A stretch of DNA of 64,000 nucleotides from Octopus vulgaris (taxonomy: Eukaryota): positions 9,548,001-9,612,000 of the forward strand of contig OX597818.1 in the NCBI GenBank assembly GCA_951406725.2, given 5' to 3'. The notes below the pieces were generated by a model that saw nothing but the letters and a program-made list of their open reading frames with translations, had not been told where the DNA came from and did no database searches. The translations under genes and the position numbers were made by a program. Each line of letters opens with the position of its first letter. Positions within the stretch are counted from its first letter, which is position 1. Positions 15,055 to 29,889 of the stretch are shown in pieces.

Positions 15055-15806
15055 AAACAGACAGTAACAGAGACAGTCAACGAGGGAGAGAAGGAGAGAT
15101 TTATAATATAATATTGACTGTGTTTGTAAATATAGTACAACCGGTGGCTGGAAGTAAAGCCTTCGAAGGCAACCCGGCTTTTAAGGGACATGTGGTGTAT
15201 TACTAAATACATAGATTATTTGATTAATATATTAACATTAAACAATTCAGTACTAAGAACAAGAAGTATAAAGTAACTGGGAATTATATATATATGTATT
15301 TATATATTTACAGAGGGAGTAAATCAGATTAAATATAAGATTCATATGTTTCTTAAATTGCCGTCACTCATTACGCAAATGTTACACATCCTAACTAATC
15401 ACAGTCTGCGATTACCTTAATGAAGTGTACATGCCGCGCATAATTCCTGAGTCAGCCACAACACAGTGTTGAGTCCAAATGAATAGGAAGATCAATAGCA
15501 AAAAATAAAACTATAAACAAAGGAAGTAACTTTTAGAGAACCAAAGAGCGTTGTTGCACAAGGCGAGATCCAAAATATGTATAGAATGGATGTGGTTTAG
15601 AGTCAAAAAGTAATAACAAAAAGAGAAAGAGAAAGAATGATGGAAGAAAAAGATTATTGTCATAATGATGAATAACACTGCAGTGTTAAAAACTTATTCA
15701 AAAGATGTTGACGACAGATTTTGGCAGACTGTTGGTTTGCTGTCGTCGAAATTTAAATAGTTTGGAAGCAAAGGTCTATCCATACAGCCACGCCTACAAA
15801 ATATTA

Positions 15807-15848
<42 letters not shown>

Positions 15849-16319
15849 GTACATTCGTATGTATGTCTATATGTAGATAGGTAGGTAGTTAGGAAGGTAG
15901 GTATATAGGTAGGTCGGTAAGTAGGAAGGTATACTAAAACTAAGGAGGTGTACCATTGTACATATATACAAATGGACAACACACATGCACATAAATACGC
16001 GATTAAATAATATAGAAATAAACAGCTGTACATTTAAATGCATACGGGTTTATGTGTTTATGTGTGTGTGTTTGTGTGTGTGTGTGTATGTGTATTTCTG
16101 TGTGTGTGTGTGTATTGAAAAAATGGTATTGTGATGGTTCAAAATCGGGCTTGGTTGTAGGTTCCACACTACTGCGATGTCCAGCGTACACCGACGTAGG
16201 ACACAAACACAACCATCCCAAACCTGACTGCTATCTTTCTCAATGAACCTCATTAATTACGAAGGGATACATTTTTGCTTGTTTCTACAGTGGTCCTTAT
16301 TGTGACAGTGGCACGAAAA

Positions 16320-17040
16320 ATATGCATGTATTACATCTCCAGGATTAGCTGACACCTCTAGTTTTCAGTTTCAATCTCCTTATATGCATAAAACGAGGAT
16401 GCTGAATTCTCTCTAATCACACAAAAAATCTAATCAGCAATATTCCAATGCCATTCTCATTTTTTTAGGGGAAGGGTTTGTCTTTGTTATTTCTTGCTCC
16501 CATTTTTTTACTGTATAACATCGTGTTTTTGAGATATTTCATTGCTGTGTAACATCCTATTTTAGCATATTTTCAATGCCATATGATACCATACTTCTGA
16601 CAGATTCTATTACATCTGATCTCTAATCTTCTACCAACCACTTCAATACGTTCATTCCTCACCATATCTATATCTATCCGCAATACTGATTATATCACTT
16701 TATGTCACTAACTTATCTAGAATTTCGGGTGGGAAATCACAACAGTTCATAACCTTTAAACTAGAACTACTCACACTGTCAGCTGCACCAGTGCATTTTA
16801 TGTATTTAAAGTACAGATTTTCTGACAGTTTTCTTGAAATGATTCAGTTTACTTGAATATAATAATTCTCGTGAGTTTATTGGTTGTATTACATGTATAG
16901 TAATACTTCCTTCCTGTTTTCTTTCCACACACTTATCATCGCTACTTCAGAGATTCTGTTGGCCTGCAGTAATCTCTGTTGGTTAACAGAAATCCTGGCT
17001 TTTGAAATCTAAGGATCTTCATACATCACTAATCACAACT
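16320..17040 (-). mobile_element. Very old, possibly RTE-like LINE remnant
   Basis: Hand-translated fragments such as RKLSENLYFKYIKCTGA weakly resemble RTE RT C-terminal regions. Many stops. Confidence 0.3.
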
Positions 17041-18230
17041 GAAAACTACAAGCTATAATTTTCATATGTGCGTGCCTGCGCGTGCGTGTGTGTGTGCGCG
17101 CGCACGTTCTGCGTGTATATGTGTCTGTCTGTGTGTCTGTGTGTTGCCATATATTTCCAAATGATACATTCTTTAGTTTACATTAAAATACAGCAGGGTA
17201 ATAAATTGTTCATGCAAATCTGCACACTAGACAATTATTTATATGTCTTCATTTATGATAGCTGTGATAACATCTTGTATATTTCACGGGGATGAAGGAA
17301 AACGAATAGCATCAAAAATAATAAAAACAGCGTTCTTTTTTCACACAAAATAGCAACTGAACACATTCAAAGATATATTTTGTATTATCCTTCATCGTAA
17401 ATATGTACTGAACTGAAAATATCTCATAATGACTCATAATCTTAAAGATTCATAATAACACTAATGAGATTATTGTCTTCGTCGCGTATAATGAAGTGAT
17501 AACCATTACATTCATAGTTATATGGTACACCTGACGAGTGGAGTCTGGTTTTGGCTTGCTTTTATCACTCTGACCCAGGGTATAACCAATCGATCCTTCC
17601 GAAGCAAAAAAAAATTTCTTGATACACAATCTCCTTTATGTGGTGCCTTTGATGGTTAGCAATAATAACGGTCGTGAAAGCCTTTTGATATTAGATTATA
17701 GTGCCTCAAACAACGAGTAGCGCCTCCGGGGGAATTTTATGAAGTACCCCACCTCGATTTGTGTTTGGTGGCCCTTCTCAACAATAGTTATATAATTGAG
17801 ACTGAATCGAAGATGAGTTATTGAAAACTTAAGAGCATTATTTGCCCTTCTTTCAAAAGATTATCAAAATATATTTCAGCATTGCAAGAATATTCAAAAG
17901 TTATAAACAATTCCATAAATGAATTTTACTTCACTAAACCAGGTCTGCTGAAAATTTACTCTCCTACCTCACATAGGGGTGTCCTCTTATGCTTCTCATT
18001 TTTGTCGTTGACGTCAGGAAATGCTTCAGTCAGCTCCACCGTTGGACTCCACGTTGTATCTCAACTTTTGGGTAGGAAGGTACCGATTTCATCGTACCAC
18101 TTCAATATTCACTAACTACTCTCGCTATTCATTCTCTTATTTACTTTACAGCTTAAACAATACTAATGCTCTTGTTTCTTCCTCACTGCCAACCTTATAC
18201 TAAAATACGTACACACACTACATACATATT

Positions 18231-19525
18231 TACGAGGTGCATTCCAGAAGGTCTGTGTTGTTTTTTTCAGGAGAGGTAGTTATAATTGTCCTTGATTATT
18301 GTAATTTCATCATTATTCTACAGCATATCAGTGCTATACAGCACATAAACTGACCTGCCAACTTTATTTTTATTCGAGATTGAACGTGACAGATGTAGGA
18401 TCACTTTGAGCACACTCTACTTTAAAACAGCTAGTCACAGCTGACTAGTTTGCTGACTGAGGTCGGGATGTGAAAATGAGTTTAGCAACTCACTTTGCAA
18501 TGAAATTTTGTTTAAAATGCGGCAAAAATGCTACAGAAACTTATGAAATTCTCTAGATTGCTTATAGATTAGCTAGTATGAGATGAGGTTTTGTTTTGCG
18601 CTGTTACAAGGGATTCATGGACGGTAAAGAGGTGAGAGACGAGACGGTTCGGGATGTCGAAGGGAAGGGGATGCCACTATATAAGATCTGGTTGAGAAAA
18701 TTCGCAGTTTAGAGAATGAAGACGGTTGTGTGTCAATAAAGACAATAAATATACAGTTTGGACTTGCAAAGGCATCTGTACACATAATTATTCATAAAGA
18801 TCTGAGCATGCGCAATGCTTGTGCAAAGTTTGTTTCGAAAGTGCTCAGTGATGAACAGAAGGAAAAACGCCTTGTGGGAAGCTGAGTCCATCACTCGTAA
18901 TCCAAGAGTACTTGAGTTTCTGATGATAAAGCTGGATCTACTGCTATGATCCAGACATCAAAAGACAGAGTACCCAAGAGAAGCATCCTGGCTCCCCTAG
19001 ACCCAAGAAAGCCAGGCAAAGCAAATCTACTAGAAAGCATGATGATCCACATTTTTGGCAGCAACGATATCACTACATACATAGGGTTTCCTCTGAGTAG
19101 AGTACTTTATGGAAGTTTTGGTGGATCTCAGGAAGAGATAGCGCCGGAGAAGACCAGAGTTCTTCCACTTGGGACCGTGGAAACTGTCCCAGGACAATGC
19201 TCTAGTCCACAATTCTATTAAACTTAACAGAGATGAGTATCAAAACTGACACACACACACACGCACACAGCCCACACTAGCCTTCCCGTGTATTTGTTTC
19301 CTGTCCAAGCTGAAGGGCACCCTTCGTAGCATTGTTTGACAAGGATCCTAGACACCATCATTTTAGAGGACTTGCACTAGGCCTTCAAGAAGTGGCTGGA
19401 ACGCTAAAGCAAATACATTCAAATCAGAGTATCTTATTTTTAAGAAGATTAAAGTTTCGTACTGACTTGAAATTAAGAAATTTATCTCCTGAAAATGTCT
19501 TTAAACTTCTGGAATAAAGGATGTG
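18231..19525 (+). mobile_element. Degenerate mariner transposon (~1.3 kb)
   Basis: Remnant peptides MKFCLKCGKNATETYEIL and MRNACAKFVSKVLSDEQK. Termini share ATTCCAGAAG / CTTCTGGAAT. Confidence 0.8.
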
Positions 19526-19773
19526 CATACACACAAAAATACATACTAGTCTTAATGACACGTAAATTAAACACTTCACGTTATATTTTGTATAACTTTA
19601 ATGACTTTCTCGCTGTTCACACTGAATATTTTCCAATAATATTTTGATAAACTTACCAGTTCCAAGTTCTTGTTACTACACACATGAGGGCGTTAGTGTA
19701 ACACTAATCTTCACTTTACATGAATAACACTTAACCGAATCTCTAAAATGTTAAATTTCTCTGATCAGCTATT

Positions 19774-20170
19774 CATTTCTCCCCCAGGTACAACGCCCGA
19801 AACTTTGAGGGATGGGGTCAGTCGATTGGATCGACCCCAGTACGCAACTGGTACTTAATTTATCGATACCGAACGGATGAAAGACAAAGTCGACCTCGGC
19901 GGAATTTGAACTCAGAACGTAAAGACAGACGAAATACATATTTCTTTACTACCCACAAGGGGCTAAACACAGAAGGGACAAACAAGGACAGACAAACGGA
20001 TTAAGTCGATTATATCGACTTCAGTGCGTAACTGGTACTTATTTAATCGACCCCGAAAGGATGAAAGGCAAAGTCAACCTCGGCTGAATTTGAACTCAGA
20101 ATGTAACGGCAGACGAAATACCGCTAAGCATTTCGCCCGGCATGCTATCGTTTCTGCCAGCTCACCGCCT
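19774..20170 (-). mobile_element. Dimeric tRNA-derived SINE with Nin/Deu-like domain, flanked by an 18-bp TSD
   Basis: Two internal copies of CTGGTACTTA..ATCGA..GGATGAAAG..CCTCGGC..ATTTGAACTC. TSD TTTCTCTGATCAGCTATT at 19756-19773 and 20171-20188. Confidence 0.92.
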
Positions 20171-20911
20171 TTTCTCTGATCAGCTATTAACGCAGTAAAC
20201 CTGAAGCCAGTTGCATTGAATTACTTATTCCATATCTAGTAGAATGTTGCACTTACACAATCCGATATCTTACTTGGCATTACGTTTTATTACACTTAAG
20301 CAGATAACGAAAACTAACGTCCATTTCATCACTGGTACCAGCTTACATATTAATTGTTTACTATCAGAGCTTCTTCTACCTCTACTACGACAACCAACTC
20401 TCCTTTAAATCAGTTCGTCGAATACTACAACACTAAATCGCATCTAGCACAACATTCCATCATTTATGTTGTATGTGAACCATAGAAACCACATTTAATT
20501 CGTTTACCATCTATCTCTTGTAGTTTGAGCACCCATATTGAGGTCTCAGCGTTGGCTGTTCTTTGAAAGTATCACCGAAACAAAACCTTGTGCAGTGATT
20601 AAATAATAAAAGTAAAGACGCCAGGCTAAATTTTGAGTTCTGTCGTTTATTGACAACGAAAAGATTTCGCGGAATGTGAAGAATAAAGTAAAACAAAGAT
20701 AGACTGAAATTTCTTAGCTTCCATCTAGTTAAATCTATGTTGCAGTCTATATGAAACTTGCATGGTCGTTATTCTTCTCGCTCTTGTTGCTGTTGTTGTC
20801 GTCGTCGTCGTCGTCGTTATTGTTGTCGGTGATGTTGATGATGATCCCCTAAAAGGAATATACGAATAAACGCTATTATATGTAAACAAAAAATATCCTA
20901 AGATATTACTA

Positions 20912-21326
20912 TTACTCTTTACTCTTTACTCTTTTACTTGTTTCAGTCATTTGACTGCGGCCATGCTGGAGCACCGCCTTTAGTCGAGCAAATCGACCCC
21001 AGGACTTATTCTTTGTAAGCCCAGTACTTATTCTATCGGTCTCTTTTGCCGAACCGCTAAGTTACGGGGACGTAAACACACCAGCATCGGTTGTCAAGCA
21101 ATGCTAGGGGGACAAACACAGACACACAAACATACACGCACATACATATATATACATATATACGACGGGCTTCTTTCAGTTTCCGTCTACCAAATCCACT
21201 CACAAGGCTTTGGTCGGCCCGAGGCTGTAGTAGAAGACACTTGCCCAAGGTGCCACGCAGTGGGACTGAAACCGGAACCATGTGGTTGGTAAACAAGCTA
21301 CTTACCACACAGCCACTCCTGCGCCT
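20912..21326 (-). mobile_element. tRNA-derived SINE (major family), full length
   Basis: High identity to the 9684 copy. A/B boxes and (AAAGAGT)n tail present. Confidence 0.93.
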
Positions 21327-22557
21327 ATGTTTTATATTTTTTATATTTTTTTGTAAAACACCAATGACGTGATCTGTTCTTTGAAACAATTAATAGTAAA
21401 TTCTAATATTTTAATTTTCTTACAAAATAAATTCAATACCACTAGCATATAACGTCTGCTATTTATTTATTTTTTCCTAATATTTAAACAACAGCAGTAC
21501 ATCATTATCCAGCAAAGCGCTTGTTTTCCTACTGACCATTGTGTCGCCCTCAATTCGCCTGCACGCTACATAGTATGCATACATAATATTCCGAGAAGTC
21601 TCGATCTATTAAAACATATTTTCCTGAACTGTATCGCTATAATCCCCCAAAGAGTAACTCTTAAGGCGTTCCATCAGGTGAAGTAAATTTATGCTTCTCA
21701 TCTCTTTCATTCCTGAGAGCTTCTGCAGTTTCTGACTAAAGTCAAACTTCTTTGAATAAAATTGCCAACTAAAATAATAATAAAATAAAATAATCCATCT
21801 GCAAAACTGCTTAATGTAGTTCTAATGTGACAGTAGTGGAACTTCTAAATATGTTAACACGAGAGGAAGCATGATGTAATGAGAATTTGGCAGAATTGAC
21901 AGATGATAGAAACAGAAACATTAACACTAAGAACAGGTTTAACCAGTTCAGTGTCAAGCCTGACAAAAATAAAAAATTAAAATAAAAACACAACAAAAAA
22001 GAAATCTCGTGTAAAATTGAGGTTTATTTGGCAGTTGTGTCCATTATTTTGTGTGCATTTCTAACTGTTGTAGCAGTTCAAATAGGTTAGATTTCAAAAG
22101 TAAATTAACAAGGTGGAAAAACCTCCCACTCCACTACTGTTAAGTGACTGTCATTTTGAATATCAAATCCTGACAGGTAAACAGAGTAGGCCCATCATTA
22201 TTAAAGCTGACAGTAGAAAAATACAATAAAAACACTGCAGCGTTTATTTGTTGACTGAGTGGAGATGGGTGCATTCAAACTATAGCCAGAAGGTTATCAC
22301 TTGAAATCTCTTATTGCAGCTTCGTTCATATGCAGGAAGAAGCTAGAAGTATATTTACAGAATAACTTACATAAAGAGAAATCTACGACTAAATGTTTTC
22401 CAACGATAATTTCATTCTAAATTACTGTAAACAAATGGCACATACAGTTTTCAACAATTGTCTGCACAAATCAACATTAAACAGAATTAGGCAAACACGC
22501 ACGCACACTCACCCATGCACACACAAACACACACACACGTACACACAACACGCGGGT

Positions 22558-22651
<94 letters not shown>

Positions 22652-24428
22652 TCTAGAGAAAATAGGATGGCATAGCAATCATGGTTTCTGTGAAAATCTT
22701 TTCTTATTTTTTAAGACATTGTTTTGTATATTTCCTTCCTTCAGTGCATCTGATCATGCGGGAACAGTAGTATAAGTGCATATTTAATACATTCTAATAT
22801 TCTAATAGTAATCATGTTGTTTTTAATGTGGTTGTCCTGAGGCTAGCCTTGAGTGACCTAACATATCATGTAATACAGAGCAAGTTAGATACTCCAATCT
22901 TGTTTTCAGACAAGATTATTGAACGATCTACACTTTTCAATACAAAAATTTATTCTTGTTTTGAATTCGTCTGTGATATGACAGAATGAACAATCACTGA
23001 CGGCCAGTTGGGAGAGCTACTGTAATGCAGAATGCAGATACTGGAACAAATACAGCAATGCTGTGCTTGTCTCATTTCTGCATCGTTAGGTCGAGGTCAC
23101 CTTTGGTTTCATCCTTACTTGTGTTGCTAAAATAAAATAGCAAACCATGGGAAGGATTGGGAGAATTTTTAGAGTATCAGATAAGATGTCTTCTGGTATT
23201 TACCCCAATTCTTTGAGCATCGAGTTCTTAATGGATTCATACTATCCATCAACCGGTTGAACTCCTCTGCCTTCTACTTGGGTAATTTTAGCGACGTCTG
23301 CTGCTTTGAAAGCATTTGCAACACCTCCGGTTGGAATATAGCATACTCTTTTCTGCTAAAGAACTTCAGCGGCTCTGAATGGCATAAAGATTTATGTACC
23401 TTACTCCACTCCTGCTAAATATTTATTTTCTTTTACATTTTTTCGTCTACAGGCACGTTTTCTCAGTATCAACCATTTAAAACAAAACTGGATACGGTCG
23501 TTTAAAATATGACACTGCGAATACGAGGCACAGGAAAGACAGAACGCACACGCGCACGCACACACACACACACACATACACACACACATACACGCATACA
23601 CTCACACATCCACACACACAAATAGAGTGAGTGAATAGAGATCAATAGTCTGTAGTATCATTACAATTACAAACTAATAAAATATTTCTTCACGATTGCG
23701 GTTGACCTGGGACTAAAACATGATTACGACGACATTTTGTCGTGTAATTATTGCTGTTGTTATATTTACAACAATAAATGAATGGCGTGGCAACAATTGT
23801 TCTTCATAACAGCGTGAAGATATTTCTGTTTGACAAACAATAAACAAACAAGAAATGCAATAGAAACAAAAGCTAACATATCAGCAACATCACCGTCATC
23901 ATCACCAACACCAACAATATTAACTTATAAAATAACTACAACAAAATTAGATAAACAAGTGAGACAAGAATATAATTAACTTACACAATAACAATAACAA
24001 TAAAATATTAGGAGCCACTGTTGTACTAAGTACCAGTAAAATGACGAACTCTTCACGGTTTGAATGTCTTTCATCATAAGTTTGTTTGATCCTATTAATT
24101 TAACCAGTGGCTAAACAATGACAACAAATATATCATCAACTTCATGAAGAAGAAATACCAAAACAAAAGCAACAAAACAATACATACAAAAGCGTCGACC
24201 GCAGAGACAACAACAAAGCATCACATTTCCAGAAGCCACATAATAGTTAGAAACAAAAAGAAAATTCTGAAATTTTCTTTTTAAGAAATATTTTAAGCAG
24301 ACTGTAGCTCAGAGGTGTAATTCTAAGTATTCTGATCAAGTATTACGTACAAAAGCACCATTCGAGATCAACATTATCATTATTTAAATGTGTATGTCTG
24401 TGTATCTAACTTATATGACCATACACAA

Positions 24429-24542
<114 letters not shown>

Positions 24543-24775
24543 TTATATGTATATAAATATATACATAAACGCTTATATATAGATAGATATCAATGTATCT
24601 ATATACGACGAAATGCTTCTCTTCATAACGAAGATAATTGTAATTATACCAACGTACAAACAATGGCGGTTGCGGTACTCGATACCAGAAGTAGGATAAT
24701 GAAGCAAAAGATGACTACACCGCTAGTCACTGCTTACTATAGTATGTACATAAAAACATATACTTACAGAAATAC

Positions 24776-24821
<46 letters not shown>

Positions 24822-24832
24822 AACTATCCCTC

Positions 24833-24877
<45 letters not shown>

Positions 24878-25316
24878 TTCTCTCTCTCACTCTCTTTCTT
24901 TATACATACATATATATATATATGTTTATATATATATATGTCTGTGTGTATAAACATATATATATATACATATACGTCTGTATGCTTGTTTGTCTCTATG
25001 TATGTATGTATATGTGTATGTATGTAAGTGGTGGAATCGATCAATAATTTGTAGTATCATTACCAATGCAAGGTAATAATATCTCATTAACTTGACACAT
25101 GCTGTTCCGAGGATGGCAAATCACTAGAATTAATAATAAACAGCTGAACTGGAGTGGAGTTAATGAAACAAACATTGTTATATACGACATTCATTGTATA
25201 CTTACATCCATTCATAAACACACAGTTGTAGCTGCACCTATACACATACACACGTACTAGCTTACATTATGCATACGTACATATATGCATAAATACAAAT
25301 ATATATACATGTGTGC

Positions 25317-25374
<58 letters not shown>

Positions 25375-25379
25375 GTTAT

Positions 25380-25586
25380 CTCACTTTTACTTGTTTCAGT
25401 CATTTGACTGAGGCCATGCTGGAGCACCGCAAATCGACCCCGGAACTTATTCTTTGTAAGCCTTAGTACTTATTCTATCGCTCTCTTTTACCGAACTTCT
25501 AAGTTACGGGGACGTAAACACATCAGCATCGGTTGTCAAGCGATGTTGGGGGGACAATCACAGACACATAAACATATGCACACACT

Positions 25587-25623
<37 letters not shown>

Positions 25624-25786
25624 GACAGGCTTCTTTCAGTTTCCGTCTACCAAATCCACTCACAAGGCTTTGGTCGGCCCGAGGCTATAGCAGAAGACAC
25701 TTGCCTAAGGTACCACGCAGTGGGAATGAACCCGGAACCATGTGGTTGGTAAGCCGTCTACTTACCACACAGCAACTCCTGCGCCC
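25380..25786 (-). mobile_element. tRNA-derived SINE (major family)
   Basis: Colinear with the 20912 copy, with a small internal deletion. Confidence 0.9.
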
Positions 25787-25806
25787 ATGCAGGAGTGGTT
25801 GTGTGG

Positions 25807-26047
<241 letters not shown>

Positions 26048-26073
26048 ATATATACATATATACATACACACAC

Positions 26074-26125
<52 letters not shown>

Positions 26126-27294
26126 CTGTGTGTATGTGTGTGCGAACGTGTATGTGTGTGCGTGCGTGTCTTTGTGTGTGCGTGTGTATAAGATAACTAA
26201 GGCGGTTGTAAGCAATATAAAACCAAAAAGGAATAATTCAAGTCTCACGAATTGTGACTCACTGTACAGGGTAGCACCTACATTGCTAGAAATAAGAGAT
26301 AAAAACCCTCTTAGCTGCAGAGGAGCACATGTCTTTGTGCTGAAAGGGAAGCTAACAGTCCCAGAGGGTGCAAGATCACCGTACCAGAATTCTAGTTTCG
26401 CTTGAAATTAAGGTTCTTCATTGATGATTACCCCGTCACTGAATGGTTTGGCCAAATCCCAACTCTCAGTTTATAATATTTACCATATAAACCAGTGACT
26501 GGTTCAGCAAAATCGTAATGTGAAAATTATAAAATAGTCAATGGTCAAACTAAATTTGAGACTCGCTCGCTCTGGGGCGGTCAACTCACCTGTTAGTACA
26601 AAGACATGTGCTTCTTTGCGGCTAAGAGTGTTTTACCTCGTATTTCAACTCATGTGCTACCCTGAACCGTCAATCAAAATTAGGATATATAGATATATAT
26701 CTAGTCCATACAGATCATCAATGATTTGTATGGACTGTGATACAAATTGCATATTGTTTCGATACTCAACAATAAGTGCCCCAAACTCATTCTATTTCTT
26801 ACATCTATTGGATAGCGTCTGTACTGAGAAGCTTACAACGTATTGTATAACTAATTTCTCTCCACAATTATTGCAATCTGCACAGCCTTTCCTTATGCTC
26901 CAGATGAGAAACAAATACTGTGATGTTCAGTTTCATACACATTGTCTACGGTATGCAACTATATTGTTTTCATATAAAGAATAATATTTTAAATCCCAGT
27001 CACGCTCTGACTTATAGTCCACTTTACATAAAGACAAATATTACAGTCATATGACTCTATATGTGTATCATATATCTGCAGCAGTTCCTTATACAATGTC
27101 CATTGCCTATTGAGAAGAAACAAGAAACATCACATATTTCAGAATAGGCACAAAGCCAAGCACAGTGTACAATTACTGGTATTTGATTCCTTATTTTTCT
27201 TCTAAAACAGTTTAAATAAAAACATAAATTTATACATCTTGCTTACTACCAATACTCCCTAAAATTCAGGTGTGTGTGCGTGTGTGTGTGAGTG

Positions 27295-27540
27295 TAGGTG
27301 CATAGTGTCTAAGGGTGTCACACTCATGATCACAAATTTTGTGGTTCGTTTCCCGCGCCGGGCAAATACATTGAACTCTCGAGCAAAACACTTCCTTTCA
27401 CGTAGCTTCAGCCTATTCAAATGTTAAAAATGAGTAATCCTGTGACGAAATGACATCCCGCCCAGGGTTAATAATATGCACCACAGATTGCAGGAAAACC
27501 GACCTAATGAGCCAACGGTTTGGGAAGGAACTTACACTCT
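27295..27540 (+). mobile_element. Old tRNA-derived SINE of a third family
   Basis: B-box-like GGTTCGTTTCC followed by GAGCAAAACACTT and CCTGTGACG..CATCCCGCCCAGGG, resembling conserved SINE central domains. Confidence 0.45.
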
Positions 27541-27564
27541 TATATATATGTGTGTGTGTGTGTA

Positions 27565-27679
<115 letters not shown>

Positions 27680-27684
27680 TATTT

Positions 27685-27865
27685 TATTCTTTTACTTGTT
27701 TCAACCATTAGACTGTGATAATGCGAGAGCATCGCTTTGAAGGGTTTTTGTCGACCCCAGGAAAGTTTTTTCAAGCCTACTACTTTTTCTATCGGATCCG
27801 TTTCCGAATAGCTAAACACGCCAATCACGTTTGTCAAGCGGTGGTGGGAGGCAAACACGGGCACA

Positions 27866-27935
<70 letters not shown>

Positions 27936-28006
27936 AACACACACGCACAAACGCACAGACACACACAAAAACACACGCACACACACACACATATAGACAC
28001 ACACAT

Positions 28007-28054
<48 letters not shown>

Positions 28055-28171
28055 GACGAGTTTCTTTCAGTTTCTATATACCAAATCCACTATCAATGCT
28101 ATATTAGAAGACAGTCACCAAAGGTGCCACGCAGTGGGACTGATAATGGCTTCCTACCACACAGCCATGCC

Positions 28172-28172
<1 letters not shown>
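27685..28172 (-). mobile_element. Diverged copy of the major SINE family with expanded internal (CA)n
   Basis: Matches both halves of the 20912 copy (TTTTACTTGTTTCA..; AAGGTGCCACGCAGTGGGACTGA). Confidence 0.75.
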
Positions 28173-28239
<67 letters not shown>

Positions 28240-28250
<11 letters not shown>

Positions 28251-28619
28251 GGCAGTTTGTCTGTGCGTGTTTCTGTGTGTCTGTTTTCTCGTACCCTCAC
28301 TCTGACCACGGCTTTCAACCAATTCTGATGAAACTTGACACACACATAGCCCAATGTCATAATTCAAAACTAACGCAGCGAAAATTTTGAAAAGTTCCCC
28401 CAGTTCTGAAAAAATCGATAAATTCGACATGGGGTCGATAATCAGAAACCCAAACCACAGACCGTCTAGGGGACGCAACTCCACCTTTTTTAACTCTCAA
28501 AAAAAAAATTTACCATCATTTTTTTTCCATTTTTTTGCTATTTTTTGGCTATAACTCTCTAAAAATGCTTTATAGTTATTTCCCTTACAAACCTGAGCAA
28601 CGCCGGGCGATACTGCTAG
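28240..28619 (+). mobile_element. Non-autonomous Helitron
   Basis: 3' end CCTGAGCAACGCCGGG hairpin followed by CTAG|T at 28616-28620. The 5' end emerges from TATATAAA plus GTCTGT-type repeats. Confidence 0.8.
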
Positions 28620-28880
28620 TATATATATATATATATATATATATACATGAATGTGTGTATGTGTGTGTATGAGTGTGTGTGTGTGTGTGTGTTCGAATTC
28701 TAAAAGGTCCACGAACGTTGACTTTAATTAACATCCGTCTGAAATTGATTTAATAAGTATCAGTCCAGTTGCGATTTCTATATAATTATATACAACTGTA
28801 AAGGCTGTGACCCAACGGTAAAATTAATAAAGGACATGTGTGAGGGAATTGCTACGTGTGTATGTGTATTTGCGTGTATG

Positions 28881-28911
<31 letters not shown>

Positions 28912-28980
28912 GTATGTATGTATGCATGTATGTATGTATGTATGTATGTATGTATGTATGTTTGTATGTATGTTTGTATG

Positions 28981-29024
<44 letters not shown>

Positions 29025-29026
<2 letters not shown>

Positions 29027-29558
29027 CATCCAACGAAGCTACACGAAGAAGATAGCCTCTGTTCAACATATAAGCTATTGGGAAAGACTCAAGAGATTGA
29101 AACTCTATTCCTTAGAGCGTAGGCGAGAAAGATATGCCACAATATACGTCTGGAAGATCCTAGAAGGGCTTGTCCCAAACTTTGGCATCGACAGTTACAC
29201 AAATGTCAGAACTGGGCGCCACTGCATAGTGCCAAGGACTCCAAATTTGACATCAAGATGTAGGATGAGATACTGTGATAGCCTGGGCTTCCAAGGCCCA
29301 CAGCTCTTCAATATCCTCCCGAAGAACCTAAGAGACCTGCATGGGGTGGATGCAGATGTCTTTAAAATAAAACTGGATCTCTTCTTGTCAGGTGTCCCAG
29401 ATGAAGCAACTTCACGGCAGGAGGTGCAGATGAGGGCAGCTGCATCGAACTCTCTCATGCACCAAATGGCAATTGCTAAAAAGCATTCGTGAAGTGAAAT
29501 CATGTAGCAACACCAAATGGCGGTGCCCCAGCGTGGCCATAGCTTGTGAGCTGAAACT

Positions 29559-29560
<2 letters not shown>
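29025..29560 (+). mobile_element. CR1-clade LINE, 5'-truncated 3' end
   Basis: [52 protein letters not shown], the typical CR1 ORF2 C-terminus, followed by a short 3' UTR stem-loop. Confidence 0.92.
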
Positions 29561-29611
<51 letters not shown>

Positions 29612-29754
29612 CATGTATATATGTAGAGATAAATAGATATAGATTGAAAGATATACATATATATATACACATACATATGTGTGTGTGAGTGTGTGTGCGT
29701 GTGCATGTACACGTGTGTGTGTGTGTGTGTGCGTATGTATGTGTATAAGTATGT

Positions 29755-29880
29755 ACAGTGGTGAGCACGGTTCCGCTAATCTGCTAACAGCTAACTTTAT
29801 GTTTAGCGGAGTATAGTTTTCGCTAACTTTGGAGACCATTAGCGGGCGAATTAGATTCCGATGAATTAAAGTCCGCAGAC
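29755..29880 (+). mobile_element. Possible hAT-type terminal fragment
   Basis: Starts CAGTGGTGAGCAC with subterminal GCTAA / TTAGCGG repeats. Confidence 0.4.
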
Positions 29881-29889
29881 AAAATTCAT

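Noticed and set aside
14632-15111. Identical ORFs on both strands (MKVLFTGCAF...)
   Set aside because: Simple consequence of the perfect palindrome.
21240-21326. tRNA-like sequence with A/B boxes
   Set aside because: It is the head of a multi-copy SINE and has no proper cloverleaf. Not a tRNA gene.
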